Below are positions 29,201 to 41,571 of a stretch of 64,000 bases of DNA, piece by piece. The DNA comes from Trichoplax adhaerens (Eukaryota; Animalia; Placozoa), in assembly GCF_000150275.1 (NCBI RefSeq), contig NW_002060977.1, positions 191,235 to 255,234 on the forward strand. The letters are read 5' to 3'. The notes beneath the pieces are model-generated. The model was not told the DNA's origin and ran no database searches. It was given only the letters and a program-made list of their open reading frames with translations. Positions within the stretch are counted from its first letter, which is position 1, and each line of letters begins with the position of its first letter. The position numbers and the translations under genes are program-made.

Positions 29201-32200
29201 TTCAGCTAATATGCTACTGTCTACTAATACCTTATTATCACTACTATTTAAGACAGGATATTTTGTAGCTGCTACAATGTCATAGTAATAGGTGAATGAA
29301 ACAAAAAAGTGAATATATTCTAGTTCGACATAGTTGGATTTAATTAGTATCTTACTTAATTAAATATGAATTTCTTATGAATATTAGATTGAAATTATTT
29401 ACCGGTAAAATAGCGTAGCTAAGAATAACAGACTTCATTCTGGTACCCCGAAGCATATTTGATCTGACAGTGGGTTCTATTACCTGATTGTTGGCACTAT
29501 ACCCGTGTGTATATTAACCAACATACGCAACCAACCACATCATAAAGTTTCACTACAGTCTATGAGTTTTTTCCCTCTGGCTGTCCTCACTGCCGATTAG
29601 CTTGTGCTGTTGTGTGAACTTGTGAATGAATCCTCAAATTGTCTAATTTTCAGCGAACAGCTCTTTTCGTACATGTTGCATGTTTAAAAAAATTTTGGAA
29701 TGGCTTAATAAGATCTTAATGGTACAAAGAGCATCATACTTTTGTAATTCATAATGAATCATATGAGTATACGACCGTAAGTATACTTACAATACTTCAT
29801 ACCTTCCCAAGATTATTCGTATATCGCACTTTACCATATAATACGATTAGACAGAATGTCAATAATTCTGTAATTTGGCAATTAATCCTAATATCTGCCT
29901 AGCTAACGCATAGTTGTAATTATTCTTGCCTGCAGAATCTATATCAAATAGTTACACTTTCTTATTAGTTCAATTCATCAATCATATAACTGCCCATCAT
30001 ACACTAATCATACCCCCAAAATGTTACAGAAATAGCCTAATAACATAAGTTCTTATATGTAAAGTCTAGCATAGCTACAATCATTTTGGATATTGTCCGT
30101 GCACAAGTAATTTCGAGTTTCGTATGCACGGTACACCAAACTCGAACATTAGATGGCTGTGGTGCGATATCATGAGCTGCCAAAACAAAGTCTGTAGAAA
30201 TGATTAAATTTTTAGATATGTACTTGTGTTATTCAGTAAATAATAGCGAAGGGATTGCAGTCGTTAAAAGTTGGATTATTTTTATTTAAAGAAGAATAAT
30301 TCAGTAGCAAATTAATGGTGAAAATTCGATTTTTGCAGTACTTAGCATTTTCCTATGTAACATAAAAGGGATTTTAATTTACTATGTTGAGTATAATAGA
30401 TTTGATGCGGACATTGTCTGTACTTGAAGTTATTCTGTAGATAGATTCAGGGAGAAATAGCTGACAGTAATTTGCTACCTACAGCTTTGATTTTATTTGT
30501 TGTAAATCTCGATTTGCTACTAGAGAATATCTAAGTAGTTATATTCAAGCATTTGTAAAGCTTATCCAAATTATGCAATTAGTATAATAAATTGTCAGTA
30601 ATCCAATTTAAGACGGCCTTTGCCCTTGCTTTGCTTCCAGAAATCTTCGCGCAGCAGGAATAAATAATATCGATTATCTTGCTTTTAGCAATGCATCTCA
30701 ACTGAAAACCTTGTGAGTTTATTTCCAAGATAGCTGCTGATATAAATCGTAGAGACTTACTAAAGCAAAACTAATAAAAAGCTTTAAATATTATACAACG
30801 TAGAAATATTTAAATCATGTAGTTGTAGAGAGCATCAATAAAGACGTTTATGAATATAGCACATTAATAAAGAACACTATTTTTAGAAATATTAAAACTT
30901 CTTTCTTCTAGAGATCTACATCGAAATTACCTAAGAGATGTTAATTTACAATTCAATTGCCATTTTGAGAATTTTACCACATTGTATGTATAGAAATCCT
31001 TAATTTGGAGATTCTTATAATAGGTTGAAAACGAAATGTTATATGTATCGATAGCCAATAAATAATTTTTGAATCCTACGAATTATTTGTCTTTTCTAGA
31101 GATTTGTCTTTTAACTATATTACTTCCATAACGCTACAATATCCAATTCCTTCTATCAATATTTTGTAAGTGATCATTTCTGATGAAGCTCAAACGATCA
31201 TAATTATATGCTGCTAATCGCTGCTATATAATCGAATCTTAAAGAATTTATCCATGCTGATGTATTTCTTATTCCAATAATGAAGTATCTTCTCCTTTGC
31301 TATTAATATTGTAGCAATGTAACTTTTAATAGTTTAAGTTCATTATCGAACTTGAAAATAAGAGAATTAACAAATTTAAAGGATATGTAAGTATAAATTT
31401 GCTTAGCTACAGTACTGTGGCTGCTTGCGATTAAATCAGAGAAATATCAAACACAATTACAACAGCATATTAATTTTTATATCCATTCTGATTTTTCGTC
31501 TTTAATATAAGTAAATCAATTTATCGATATATTGAAGTTAAAGAAGTCTGAAATGGCTATATGACCAATAATTCATGTTAGGCTATCTGTTTAGGCTATT
31601 GAGTTTTAATCTTATTCGGGTAATTCAAGAAAGACAAATCGAAAGGGCAATGAATGTTAATAGGATAGAAAGATTGTAAGTAAGCATACTAACTCTATAT
31701 ATCTAAATGGATGTATACTCGTAAATAAATAAGTCTGTCATCGTTGGATATCTTAGTAGTGGATCAATTATGCTCATTGGCAATCATAATGAAGTCGTAA
31801 ACCCGAATTACGATAGTATTTATAAAATTCACGTAGATAAAATATGTATTTAAATTATACTTAGATAAACGACTACTGTTTCTACTATATTTTCATATAC
31901 TGTTATTATAAGGCAGTAAATCTCTTAAAATTTAAGGTGATATTTCTGAGACCTTATTAACACTTTTTATTATAAAACTCGGCGATGGCAGTGAAATATC
32001 TCATAATCGTTTGTCATATATTCATGAGAAAGCATTTGAGTCTGCAAAAAGATTAAAGATCTTGTAAGTATTTTATGTCCAAGTTCTAATTATGAAGCAA
32101 TAAATTATAGAAATATAGTGACATGTTATGGTTCATTATGATACTTCTATTATAATGGTTGCAGATACATCAACAATAATGATCTGACCGATATTAACTT

Positions 32201-35200
32201 CGTGAAATTCCTAACTGAAATTCAGGAGATGTAAGAATCTTGTTAGTTAGAACAGAAGTTCGTTCTAGTGGATACTGCAGCTTGTCTAATAAGTGAGAAT
32301 GCTGGTTTTCAAACCTAAAGCATTTAAAATACGAATCATTTTATAAAGTAGAAAATGTATTTAAATCAGAAATAGGATACTAGCAGTAATGATGGAATTA
32401 GTATTTGCCAATAATTAATTTAATATAGTAATCGTTGATAGCAATTGATTGTATCAAACTTCCTGTAGATACAGTGTAAAGTATTTTAATTTAATTAATT
32501 AGCAAGATATACACCTAAGATGTTACAGAATTTCAAATTCTACTTATATTTGGTAATAACTAAATTATGCTCTAGAATTTGGACATTTCTTAGTTGAGCA
32601 TGAAGGACCTTACTGGATTTTAAGAACTAAAATTAAGTATCTTAATTACGATTTCTATATTATTTGAAAGATATGCATCTTTCAACAAAATCAAAAAACT
32701 AGAAAGGATCACATTTTCGAGTCTAAAGCGGTTGAGAATATTGTAAGTAATGATATATAAAGAAACGTTACCGAACATTTTGTGAACTATACTAATAAAA
32801 TTAAATTTACTAGTATGAGCAATTACGGTATGAAAATTCTTTAAGCCTGCTCTTACCCATATATGAATAATAAGCCTTGATACTTTGCGTTACATCTAAT
32901 AATTACTCGACTACCACAAACAAAGACTGAACTAAATTATAAAATTTCATTAAGCCTTGTAATGTATCGTACAAGTTCAAATTTACGAAACAGTCCCAAA
33001 TTGAATAATTTAAAGCTTTTACCATACCAGAATTATGTAGTGACTGCTATATCGAGCTTAATATTTACGGTTTGTCGATAAAGTGATTAGCATTATGCCT
33101 ATCTAAAAGTCCTCAAATTGCATATTCTAAACGTTGACAGCATGCAGTAACCTACTGTTGGGCCAAGAGTTTCGCGCCAGAATGTTGCTGTATGCAACGA
33201 TAACTTAAACTTTTGCTGTAGTAGTTTTGCTCTGGCTGCTGTTAATTTTATTACTATACTAGTTGCGAAACTGTTTTTGCATTTTAATGTTACATATTTA
33301 TATCTCAAACTTAATAAGTTTATGTTCAAAGTTCGCGCATTTAAACTGAGCTACTACGTACTTTCATAATGTCCAAACTTATTCCGCTAATCTATAATTT
33401 TATATGCTATACAGATAGGAAGGAGTCCTCGAGTTACCTTTACTTCCTATAGAATGCGTATTACTGTAGTATTCTACAACTAATAAACTGCTGCCTATCA
33501 TATTAACGGGATATTTATCTCTTATCGCGCCTACCATTTCGATTAAATATAAAGTCCTGCTTGTTTGCATGATTCTATAAGATACATTGAAATGATCGTT
33601 ATACTGTAGTTGAGTACTTCATTTTGGATTTCATATTTTCATTTGAGTGCTTACTATAATTACTACAACTATAAACTACTAGAAATTATGCCGGTATAAT
33701 TTCTAGCAATCCTGCTATAGCAAAGTACAGCATTGGCGGTTTATAAAATAGGACATTTATAAGTATATTTGTATGCTAGCTAGTGGGTACTTTAGTCCTC
33801 TCACTAAGTGTTGTCGGTACCAATTGCGATGTATGATATGCTTTATTTCAATTTTGAAAAGAAATATATCTTCCAATATAATTGAAAATTTTAACGTGAA
33901 TGCCCTTTCCGAAGTAACCAGTTTAGAGGAACTGTATGTATTTCTTACCAAAAGCTTTACATCGATATTTTAGGAATTTTCTATCATAAATAGTAAATTA
34001 AACTTCATCCATATTGGTAATATGATTCCATACGCAATTAAAGCCAAACTTATAATTTTTTAATATGCACGATTTTTGTTATAGGTACCTACATGACGTC
34101 AATTTAAAAAATTTAGACCAAATATCGTTTCAAAATCTGACCCGCCTCTCTATACTGTAAGGCCTTAAAATATGGTTATAAAAGAATTGTAAAAACCATA
34201 GTAAGTAACTTTGGATTGACCATTGGCAATATGTTTCCTTTGAATTTTTAGTGTTTTAAGTAGAAATCGGATACGTCTCCTTACTAAATCCACTTTTAAA
34301 TATCTAACATCGTTAAAATACTTGTAAGTATTAAATTGCAATGATGATTAATTGACTTAACTAACAACTTCTAAAGCTGAGTTTTGTATGTGCTTGTTGT
34401 CGCCTATGATTTTATTGGTATTATTTTATTAATTAAACATTGTCATTTTCTAGAAGTTTGGAAGATAATCTCATTAACAATATTCCAGTTGATAGTTTTA
34501 AATCATTAAAGGGGTTGCTAGCATTGTAAGTAAAGTAGTGTTTCATAAAATTAACATATATGGTATCTATGCCAAAAGTGTGTATGAATATATTGTTATA
34601 TGGACGTCGGACTAGAATATCCGGTACATCGAGGATCCATATCACTAACTAATCTTAATCTTTGGTTAAGAGTTGTAATTGTTTTAGTTTACTTGAAACT
34701 AAGAGCATTGTTGAAGTAACTTGGATATCATACACCAATTATTAGACAACAGAACTTATTGAAAATATTTTCTTGCAGGTCGCTCAATCAAAATTTTCTA
34801 ACGAAATTCGATGTTCAAATATTCTGTAATATGCCTCATCTTTCAAAGCTGTAGGTTTCATATTAATTTCGCATATTTTTTTACTTACTTTCAAAATAAA
34901 TTGGATAATATGCTAGCAATAAATCACACCAGTTTCGGCATTGAGGACTTCTAGATAATTTTTTAAGTTATTTACTTCAAAAATTAGGTATATGCGATCA
35001 AATTTCATTGCAAATGTGAATAAAAGCGATTGTGTGGGCTTATTTAAGGCTCTGATTACTCTGTAAGTATCCAAATGATGCATATTTAAATGGAACAAAC
35101 TTTAATTTTATTCAAAAAGCACCAATGATCTTTTTGTGGTTATCTTTTTCAATTCAGTAATCAAGGCGATTGTTCTTTTTAAGAGTTCGTTATACTCTTT

Positions 35201-38200
35201 GAGTACTATATGTTTTTTTCCTTGTGAATGAATTTTGGCTAATATAACACTTTATCGCTAAATTTTAGCATATAACTGTATTCAGCTATTAGCTTAACTT
35301 ATAATCTCGAAATATTCCTAATGCATTATATGAAAACAGCTATTAAAATACTTATAAGCAATTTAGACCGTGCTATTGAAAGTAATCTGAACTATTTGAA
35401 CCAACAGTATCGATATAATTTTTCCTCTTATACAGTTATAGAAGAATTTAATTTGGTATTCTTTTTTCCTAGGGATTTAAGTAATAATATGTTAACAGGT
35501 GATGTCCACGAAAGATTGCACGACGTTGATTTCTTACCCAACTTGATTGAATTGTAGGAAATTTTATTTTGATAATCATCGTATATAAAATTGAACGCTA
35601 TAATGCGTTTGGTCAAAGTCCTATTGGGAAGAATAATTTTATTACTTTTCACCTACCAGGCACATAGCAAATAATAGCATTAAAAATTTTCCTCCTGGAT
35701 TGGTAGCGGTAACAAAGAAAAAATTGAGAATACTGTAAGCTTATCAAATGCTCCATTTATGTACTTCCATACAGGATTTATGAACCATCTAATAATTTAA
35801 TTTAATGTTTATAGATATTAAAAAATATAAGAAAAAATTTTATATTTATAATTCAACCATAACGTGATATGCACTTATCACTGTTATTTATGCTTTAGAA
35901 ACATCGGATATAATAAAATTAACATATCAAAGGTGCTAGGTATGATTCGTCGCATCACTCCTGTTTATCGCAAAGAATGTGAATATATGAAATTCAGTTA
36001 TTGCCAGGGATTTACCATGTAAGCTGGCTAATTTCTACAGTCTCGATATAATGTGTTTAGTTTGAATGTTACCGTAAACGATTTATAATTGCTGACATTG
36101 TCTCTCGTTAAATGTAAAATTGATGAAACTGATAGAATTTATAAAGATTACAAGATTATATTGTTGTCACAAAACAGCTTTGCAACAAGATAACGTAATG
36201 TACGATCAATAAGTCAATTCCTTGAACCACGTATCAAGGAACGATATCTGCACTATCACAAACACTTTTGCTCTACTAGCAGACTACACAAAGACTTAAA
36301 CGCCTCGTATTTTACGTTAAACACTAAGTTTAAGAATCCACTTTATTTCATGATATACTGCATTTATATACTATTCCTCAATAGTTCATGAATCATAGTT
36401 AATACAATTAACATTGGAATCATTTACTGAATTAGATATTAATTATAGCTACTGCTCCCTTAATGCAGACAACAGTATTTACGAACATAGACATGTAATA
36501 ATGACTAATACAGAATAGTCAGATTGCAATATGTCCTATCACGGAACATTTCCATGATAATTTACAATCTAGCATAAGTAAATTACAATCACAATGATTC
36601 GAACTGTAAGTAGATGATTTGCATTCCTTATTATAACTATTAATTTCAGTACGTGTATATGTGTCTCTGTCATAAAAAGTCAATGCTATATTAAAACACA
36701 GAATATCCAAATTAGAAGTTAACTACATAAGGATAAGCTAACAGAATTATTCTAACATAGATATTTCTACTCTAATATTGTACATAAAACTGTCACAATT
36801 GTAAACTAATCTAACTTTGCTAAGTTTTTAAGTTTTTCTGAAGTTTTTCTTCTAATAACACTAAGATTTAAAGAATAACTATGAAGTTATAGTGTTTGCA
36901 ATTTTGATATATTGTAAGCTTCAAATTTACTTTTGCTTACAGAGACATAAGCGGATATAGTTCTAGCATTTTGCCTACGGGAACCTTTAATAATATTCAA
37001 GGGAAACTAAAGAAATTGTAAGATTAGCGCTTGCTAAATTTCACCAGGGCAATGCAGCTTAGCCAGATTGTTATTAATATGACAATGAAATTGATTGTGA
37101 TATTAAGATAGCGATTCTTAATAAATGTTATCGAAGATTAATTGTAAATCTTTCATTGCTGATGCAGATCATTGAATGATATGAATTTAACACAGCTAGA
37201 TGTCAGTAATATTTTTAACAACTCTGATGAAAATTTACTGGAATTGTGAGTCAAGAATTAATTTTAAGTCACGTTTAGTATTCAAAATAGTAATGGTGGT
37301 TACAGTTTTCCTTTTTTTGCTGGTTCTCAATAGTTTATCATTGAAAATCGTTTCTTTATTGGTATTTTCTAGATCATTGGCTAAAAATTCTCTATTGAAT
37401 ATTACGAGCTATCTGAATTATCAACTGCTAGGACTTCGAAATTTGTAATTATATTTATAAGTAGAGTTTATAAATGATAATGAACCAAATGGTCGTTAGT
37501 TTGAGACGCAAATTCCAGCAAGGCATTTGTATTCGGATCTAAATATCTACTTTCTCTTAATTTAGAAAATAACTGATTCACTTAAAAAAATAAAGTAGTT
37601 AGTGCATGAACTTGCTTGTATATTTATGAGATATCATATTGTTATTAATATTAATTTTGAATTGTATTCTTGAAAAAATTGATAAAGTTATCGCTAAAAT
37701 TAATGGAGGACGTATATAATGTCTAAGCCTTATCTATACTCTCAATAATATATTCAAAGGAACTTAGAGAATAATAACATTGAAAATATTTGCCATGATG
37801 TCAACCATTTATATCAAATTGTACCAAATATTCGATTGCTGTAAGTTATAATCAAACATTTTATTATACGATTTCTTACCAAAACATGTCGTTATCAGCT
37901 AGAAACATGATTACAATTCAATTTTTGATTGCTTACTTACAACTAGCGTATCAAAAATTTGGTATCTAACTTCAATTCAATGCATTTACGGATAACAAAA
38001 AGTCTTTCGCACTAGTAGATTGGCTTTCCGCTTTACTTTTTTGCTTGTATACAGAATTTTTATTTGTAGAGATTGCTTAAATTCTTTGAATAAGAACTCA
38101 TTTTCAAACTAATTTACCATAACGTAACAGACTAGCGAATTTAGTCGTCATATTACATAGGCATAGAAATCGCCATTTACCGAATGAGCAATTAATTCTT

Positions 38201-40642
38201 ATTTTTTCTGTCCTTATCCCGTGCTGTGATTGTTTTAGTGTCGCACTTAGTTAAGTCCGTTACGATAACGCTACTTAATTACAAAGGATCTGAATGGATA
38301 TTTATGGCCTTAAATAAGACACTCCGATTTGTTCTATTGTAGTAAGCTAGATAATAATCGAATCAAAACAATAATAAGGAATTGCCTGTTCGGATTTCGA
38401 TCATTACGATACCTGTAAGTTGATAAGAAAGCACTTGTTATTTGCAATAAATGAATTATTCTTGAATATTCTGCTAGTATGAATACATTTCTTGCAAAAT
38501 TTAATTCTAGCAGTTTGATACCAAGGCTTATAATTATGGTCGCCGCTTATCTAGTTGAATCCGTGTATTAACTAAATGTTTTAAAGTATCACGATGACAT
38601 AAATACTACTAATTGCATTATTAACGTTACTTCTTATCTAACGTTTAGGTCTATTAGGAATAATCCGTTAACGCGAATTGCTAGTAACTCTTTCATGGAC
38701 TCTGTTAATTTAAGGCAAATGTAAGCTGGCGTTCTATTATTTGGTTGTAATTTTCTCTATTACTAGAATCTATACCGGTACTGCTTTTATGATGTTGTCG
38801 AAAGTAGCAGCTTATCATAAGATATCACTGTTACATTCTTTGTTTAGGATTACGATTTTACATGCATGAATTAGTAAACATCTAGAACTACGATACTAAT
38901 CTATCTGTTTAAATTGTTATTAGCTTGATATAACTACTCTCACTTAAGTTTTAAATACATAGTTTACCCCTGCAGTTTAGCAGTAGTCTTCATTGATGCT
39001 TTCAAGATATTTCGCTTACCCGATATCACGGGTAATTGCTTACTCAAGCTAAGACCTAGATTAAAACAACTACAATTAACTACCAGATGTATATGCTCGA
39101 AGAAGGCCTCGGTATTGTGATTATACCGTACTATTTAAATCACCCAATTAATTTATAGATAAATGTATGGCTTGCCACGTATTGTCAAGTATTATTATTA
39201 CACAATTCTGATTGAAACGGTATTATTTGTCTTGTAAGGAAGGTCTTTAAATCTATCTGCTTAGTTGATTAAAATTTTATTTTAAATGGTCTGTATTTTA
39301 ACCAATGGTCTAATAATTCCTTTTAAGATACTTGTCTAGCTACAAGATGTATTAAATATTCTAAATAGTCTGGTAAATGTGAAATTAACTCCATAAAATC
39401 TGCTTTTGCTTGTGCTAAATATCTCATAGTTATTCAACGAGGCAACACTTATGCTGTTTGGTGCCTGCAACAGTAGTATTTTGTACTCCATTTGTTGGGC
39501 GAGATCGTTTCACAACTTGTGCTGATTTATTAGGTCATACAGTTTTACAAATTTTAGTCTGGGTCATTGGTGGATTGGCATTAGTGGGAAATTCGATTGT
39601 ACTTTTCATATATATATTTAAAATAAAGAAGAGAAACGAACCGGTTCCTATACTACTTATTACAAATTTAGCTGTGTCTGATCTGTTAATGGCAAGTTAC
39701 ACGCTAATTATAGGAAGTGCAGATTTGAGATATCGTGGTTCCTATGCCAAAAATGCTGAAAATTGGTTACAAAGCTCACCTTGTTTAATAGCAACATTTT
39801 TATGCTGTATTTCAAGCTTAATGTCTGTATTAATGATGTTGATGATTAGTATTGATCGCTATATTTATATTGCTTTCCCATATTCAACTAAAAGGATATC
39901 TGAGGATAGTGCAAAATTCATTATTGGCATACTATGGTTATGCAGCATCGCTTTTATTGGCTTGCCAGTTGCTTTTAGTATCAATGCGGAAGGCGATAGG
40001 AGGTTGCACGCATATACGAGCATTTGTATGGCTAGCAACCGCACAAATAAGTTTTTCTACGGTTGGCTATTGGCATACACTTCCTTAACTTTAATTTGTT
40101 GGCTGATTACTTGTACACTATATGGTCACATGTTGATAGTTATACGTAGAACAAGCACGGATGCAAACAATAATTCATCCAGCGATGCGGATAAAAGGAT
40201 TGCTTTGAGATTATTTGCTATCGTATTAACAGATTTTATATCTTGGTGTCCTTATTATATTTACATAATTTTCATGATATCAGATGCAAATGCTTACATG
40301 CCGGTAACATTTCAATTTGCAGTAATATTGGCACTTCCGATCAATTCTGCTATTAATCCCTTTTTGTACACTTTAACTAGCCCAACGTTTACTAAGACAA
40401 TCAGGAGAAAAGTACGTTATTATCGAAATAAGCATAGATTTTTTCGTTTCTTATGTGTCTGTGTATCAAAGAGTAAAAATCAAGTTAATTCTAAATGTAC
40501 AAATGCTGATGGCAGTTCCCTTCAACACGGAAATACGGAGATTAAAAAAAGCACCCCATCAGACAATGAAGTAAACAGTCCTCCTAGAAGATCTTTAAGA
40601 AATTTAACGGTCTCCATAAAAATTGTAAACAAGATCCAATAA
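11263..40642 (+). CDS. Giant LRR-containing GPCR (LGR; RXFP/GRL101-like 7TM, no LDLa), 42 exons, about 1438 aa, 39 LRR exons (gene 1)
   Basis: Exons: 11263-11323 (signal peptide MRLQNLRFVVCILLLIMKSR), 15822-15972 (Cys-rich N-cap), LRR exons 17115-17174, 17330-17401, 17629-17703, 18758-18841, 19810-19881, 22446-22517, 23239-23310, 23777-23848, 24270-24341, 24622-24693, 26170-26238, 26336-26413, 26567-26638, 27722-27793, 28002-28073, 28867-28938, 30641-30712, 30912-30983, 31100-31165, 31315-31386, 31595-31675, 31992-32063, 32165-32230, 32671-32742, 33862-33933, 34085-34156, 34252-34323, 34454-34525, 34779-34850, 34988-35062, 35473-35553, 35660-35734, 35899-36018, 36943-37017, 37168-37245, 37373-37444, 37760-37840, 38343-38414, 38649-38720, terminal exon 39430-40642. 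All are AG/GT bounded and stop-free; LRR exons are phase 2-2 and fit xLxxNxIxxLxxxxFxxLxxLxxL. Total 4317 nt. Exons 1 and 3 are less certain than the rest. Confidence 0.88.
12459..12894 (-). mobile_element. Solo-LTR-like element, family B (gene 1 intron 1)
   Basis: TGTCACAAACC...ACCGTGACA; perfect TSD GCTAG. TATA and AATAAA on the minus strand. Confidence 0.9.
17973..18524 (+). mobile_element. Solo-LTR-like element, family C (gene 1 intron 5)
   Basis: TGTAATGTAAC...TTTATCACA; flanks CTTAC/CTTGC; internal TATAAAAG. Confidence 0.88.
20443..21487 (-). mobile_element. Solo-LTR-like element, family F (about 482 bp), split by the family C insertion
   Basis: TGTGATAAAG...GCAATACA; TSD ATCAC (20438-20442 / 21488-21492). 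Its end recurs at 43596-43690, about 7197 and about 46310. Confidence 0.75.
20737..21294 (-). mobile_element. Solo-LTR-like element, family C, nested in family F (gene 1 intron 7)
   Basis: Near-identical reverse complement of 17973-18524; perfect TSD CTAAC. Confidence 0.9.
25389..26039 (+). mobile_element. Solo-LTR-like element, family A copy 2 (gene 1 intron 12)
   Basis: TGTGGCAG...TTTTGTGACA; flanks GTGAC/GTGGC. TATA at 25834, AATAAA at 25857. Carries a 21-nt internal duplication. Confidence 0.88.
27033..27280. mobile_element. Short (248 bp) TGT...ACA element, family G (gene 1 intron 15)
   Basis: TGTAGTG...TTTGCACA with perfect TSD CAAAT; diverged inverted relative at about 7656-7884. Confidence 0.75.
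27332..27368 (+). repeat. Short interstitial TTAGGG-like tract
   Basis: TTAGGG TCAGAGG TCAGGG TTAGGG TTAGGG TTAGAG. Confidence 0.7.
36165..36797 (-). mobile_element. Solo-LTR-like element, family A copy 3 (gene 1 intron 35)
   Basis: Reverse complement of family A; perfect 5-bp TSD ATTGT (36160-36164 / 36798-36802). Confidence 0.9.
39430..40642 (+). CDS. Terminal exon of gene 1: hinge + rhodopsin-class 7TM + C-tail
   Basis: Acceptor AG at 39428-39429, then YSTRQHLCCLVP...FTTCADLLGH, VWVIGGLALVGN, NLAVSDLLM, SIDRY, ECL2 Cys (SICM), TDFISWCP, LPINSAINPFLYT. These are LGR/RXFP-type motifs. The track's 39458 TTG start is not the real start. Confidence 0.95.
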
Positions 40643-41054
40643 GAAGCCTTCAATATTGGCAGCGATGTACATTAGAATCGTCCATAATTACTTACAACAT
40701 TGACTTCTCATAAATGATATACTATAGCCTAGCACATAACATTATTACGAGTATGTCACTGTTTTGCTACTGTTTGATAGAGCGAAATGTTTTTCGTATA
40801 ATATCTCTATGTTTCCTTTGACAGTTAATTGATAATATCTTGAATAATGCATATATGTAAATAGAATACATAAGCAATGGTACATAAATATGATTCTCTA
40901 GAAAACGTTTTGCATAAATACTTCGGAAATAAAAAATTAGTTTTTTCTTTGAAAATTGTAGCAAATTCTTATTGTACAATCGTCTGATAATTTTGATGTA
41001 ATCTACATTATAGTACTGGCAATTGGGGCATATACCTTAATTAACTAGTGTAAA

Positions 41055-41571
41055 TGCTACAAGCCAGCTTTATGATAAGGTTTATATAAGAACAAATCTC
41101 AAAATTTCGAAAGTTTTCAGGATTCAGTATCTCTTAACTACGGTAAACACGGGAACTTAGACGCCTTTACTGCTATATTACAAAACCAGAGAACTGGTTC
41201 TATCCAATGATCTTCTGAGTTTAAATTCCTTTCGGCAGTTTCCAACACTGATACATCATCTCACAACAATGATTGTCCATATGGACATTTACTGACTGAT
41301 TTTACGTGATCGGACTACTGTATGTCCATTCACAGAGTCATTTTAATACACCTGCAGTCTACTATTAGTCATAATTGCAGTTGCAAGAGCTTGCACTGTA
41401 ATCAATCGCCTACAGTACTCTCACTGCTACTACATTAAACATATAATTTACTGTAATTACATTATAATTTCGGTAATTCTTACTGTAAGCTACTAATTGT
41501 AATCACCATATATGAACCCTAATTCGTTAAATTTAGTCATTTAATTCTTCTCGGTAATTCGTGGCGTGGCA
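41055..41571 (-). mobile_element. Diverged family B-related LTR
   Basis: Collinear similarity to B (GGATTCAGTATC, TTAGACGCCTTT, TCGGACTAC..GTCCATTCACAGA, TTTACTGTAA). TSD degraded. Confidence 0.7.

Noticed and set aside
29440-29685. Locally GC-richer patch resembling a decayed transposase fragment
   Set aside because: No sustained reading frame or identifiable motif found by eye.
33036-33478. Additional candidate TGT...ACA elements (also near 16739, 41749 and 56977)
   Set aside because: No convincing TSD and no second copy in the window.
33757-37448. Short ORFs 33757, 33773, 34433, 34913, 35321, 35428 and 37200
   Set aside because: Intron read-through or antisense shadows of individual LRR exons.
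17115-38720. Recurring 72-nt units as a CRISPR-like or satellite array
   Set aside because: Units share only protein-level consensus and splice signals, and spacing is irregular; they are exons.
39852-40088. Overlapping alternative-frame ORF in the 7TM exon
   Set aside because: Non-ATG start, no recognisable features; expected by chance.
39458-40642. Stand-alone 394-aa single-exon GPCR as shown in the ORF track
   Set aside because: The TTG start lies inside an exon with an acceptor at 39429, in phase with the upstream LRR exons.
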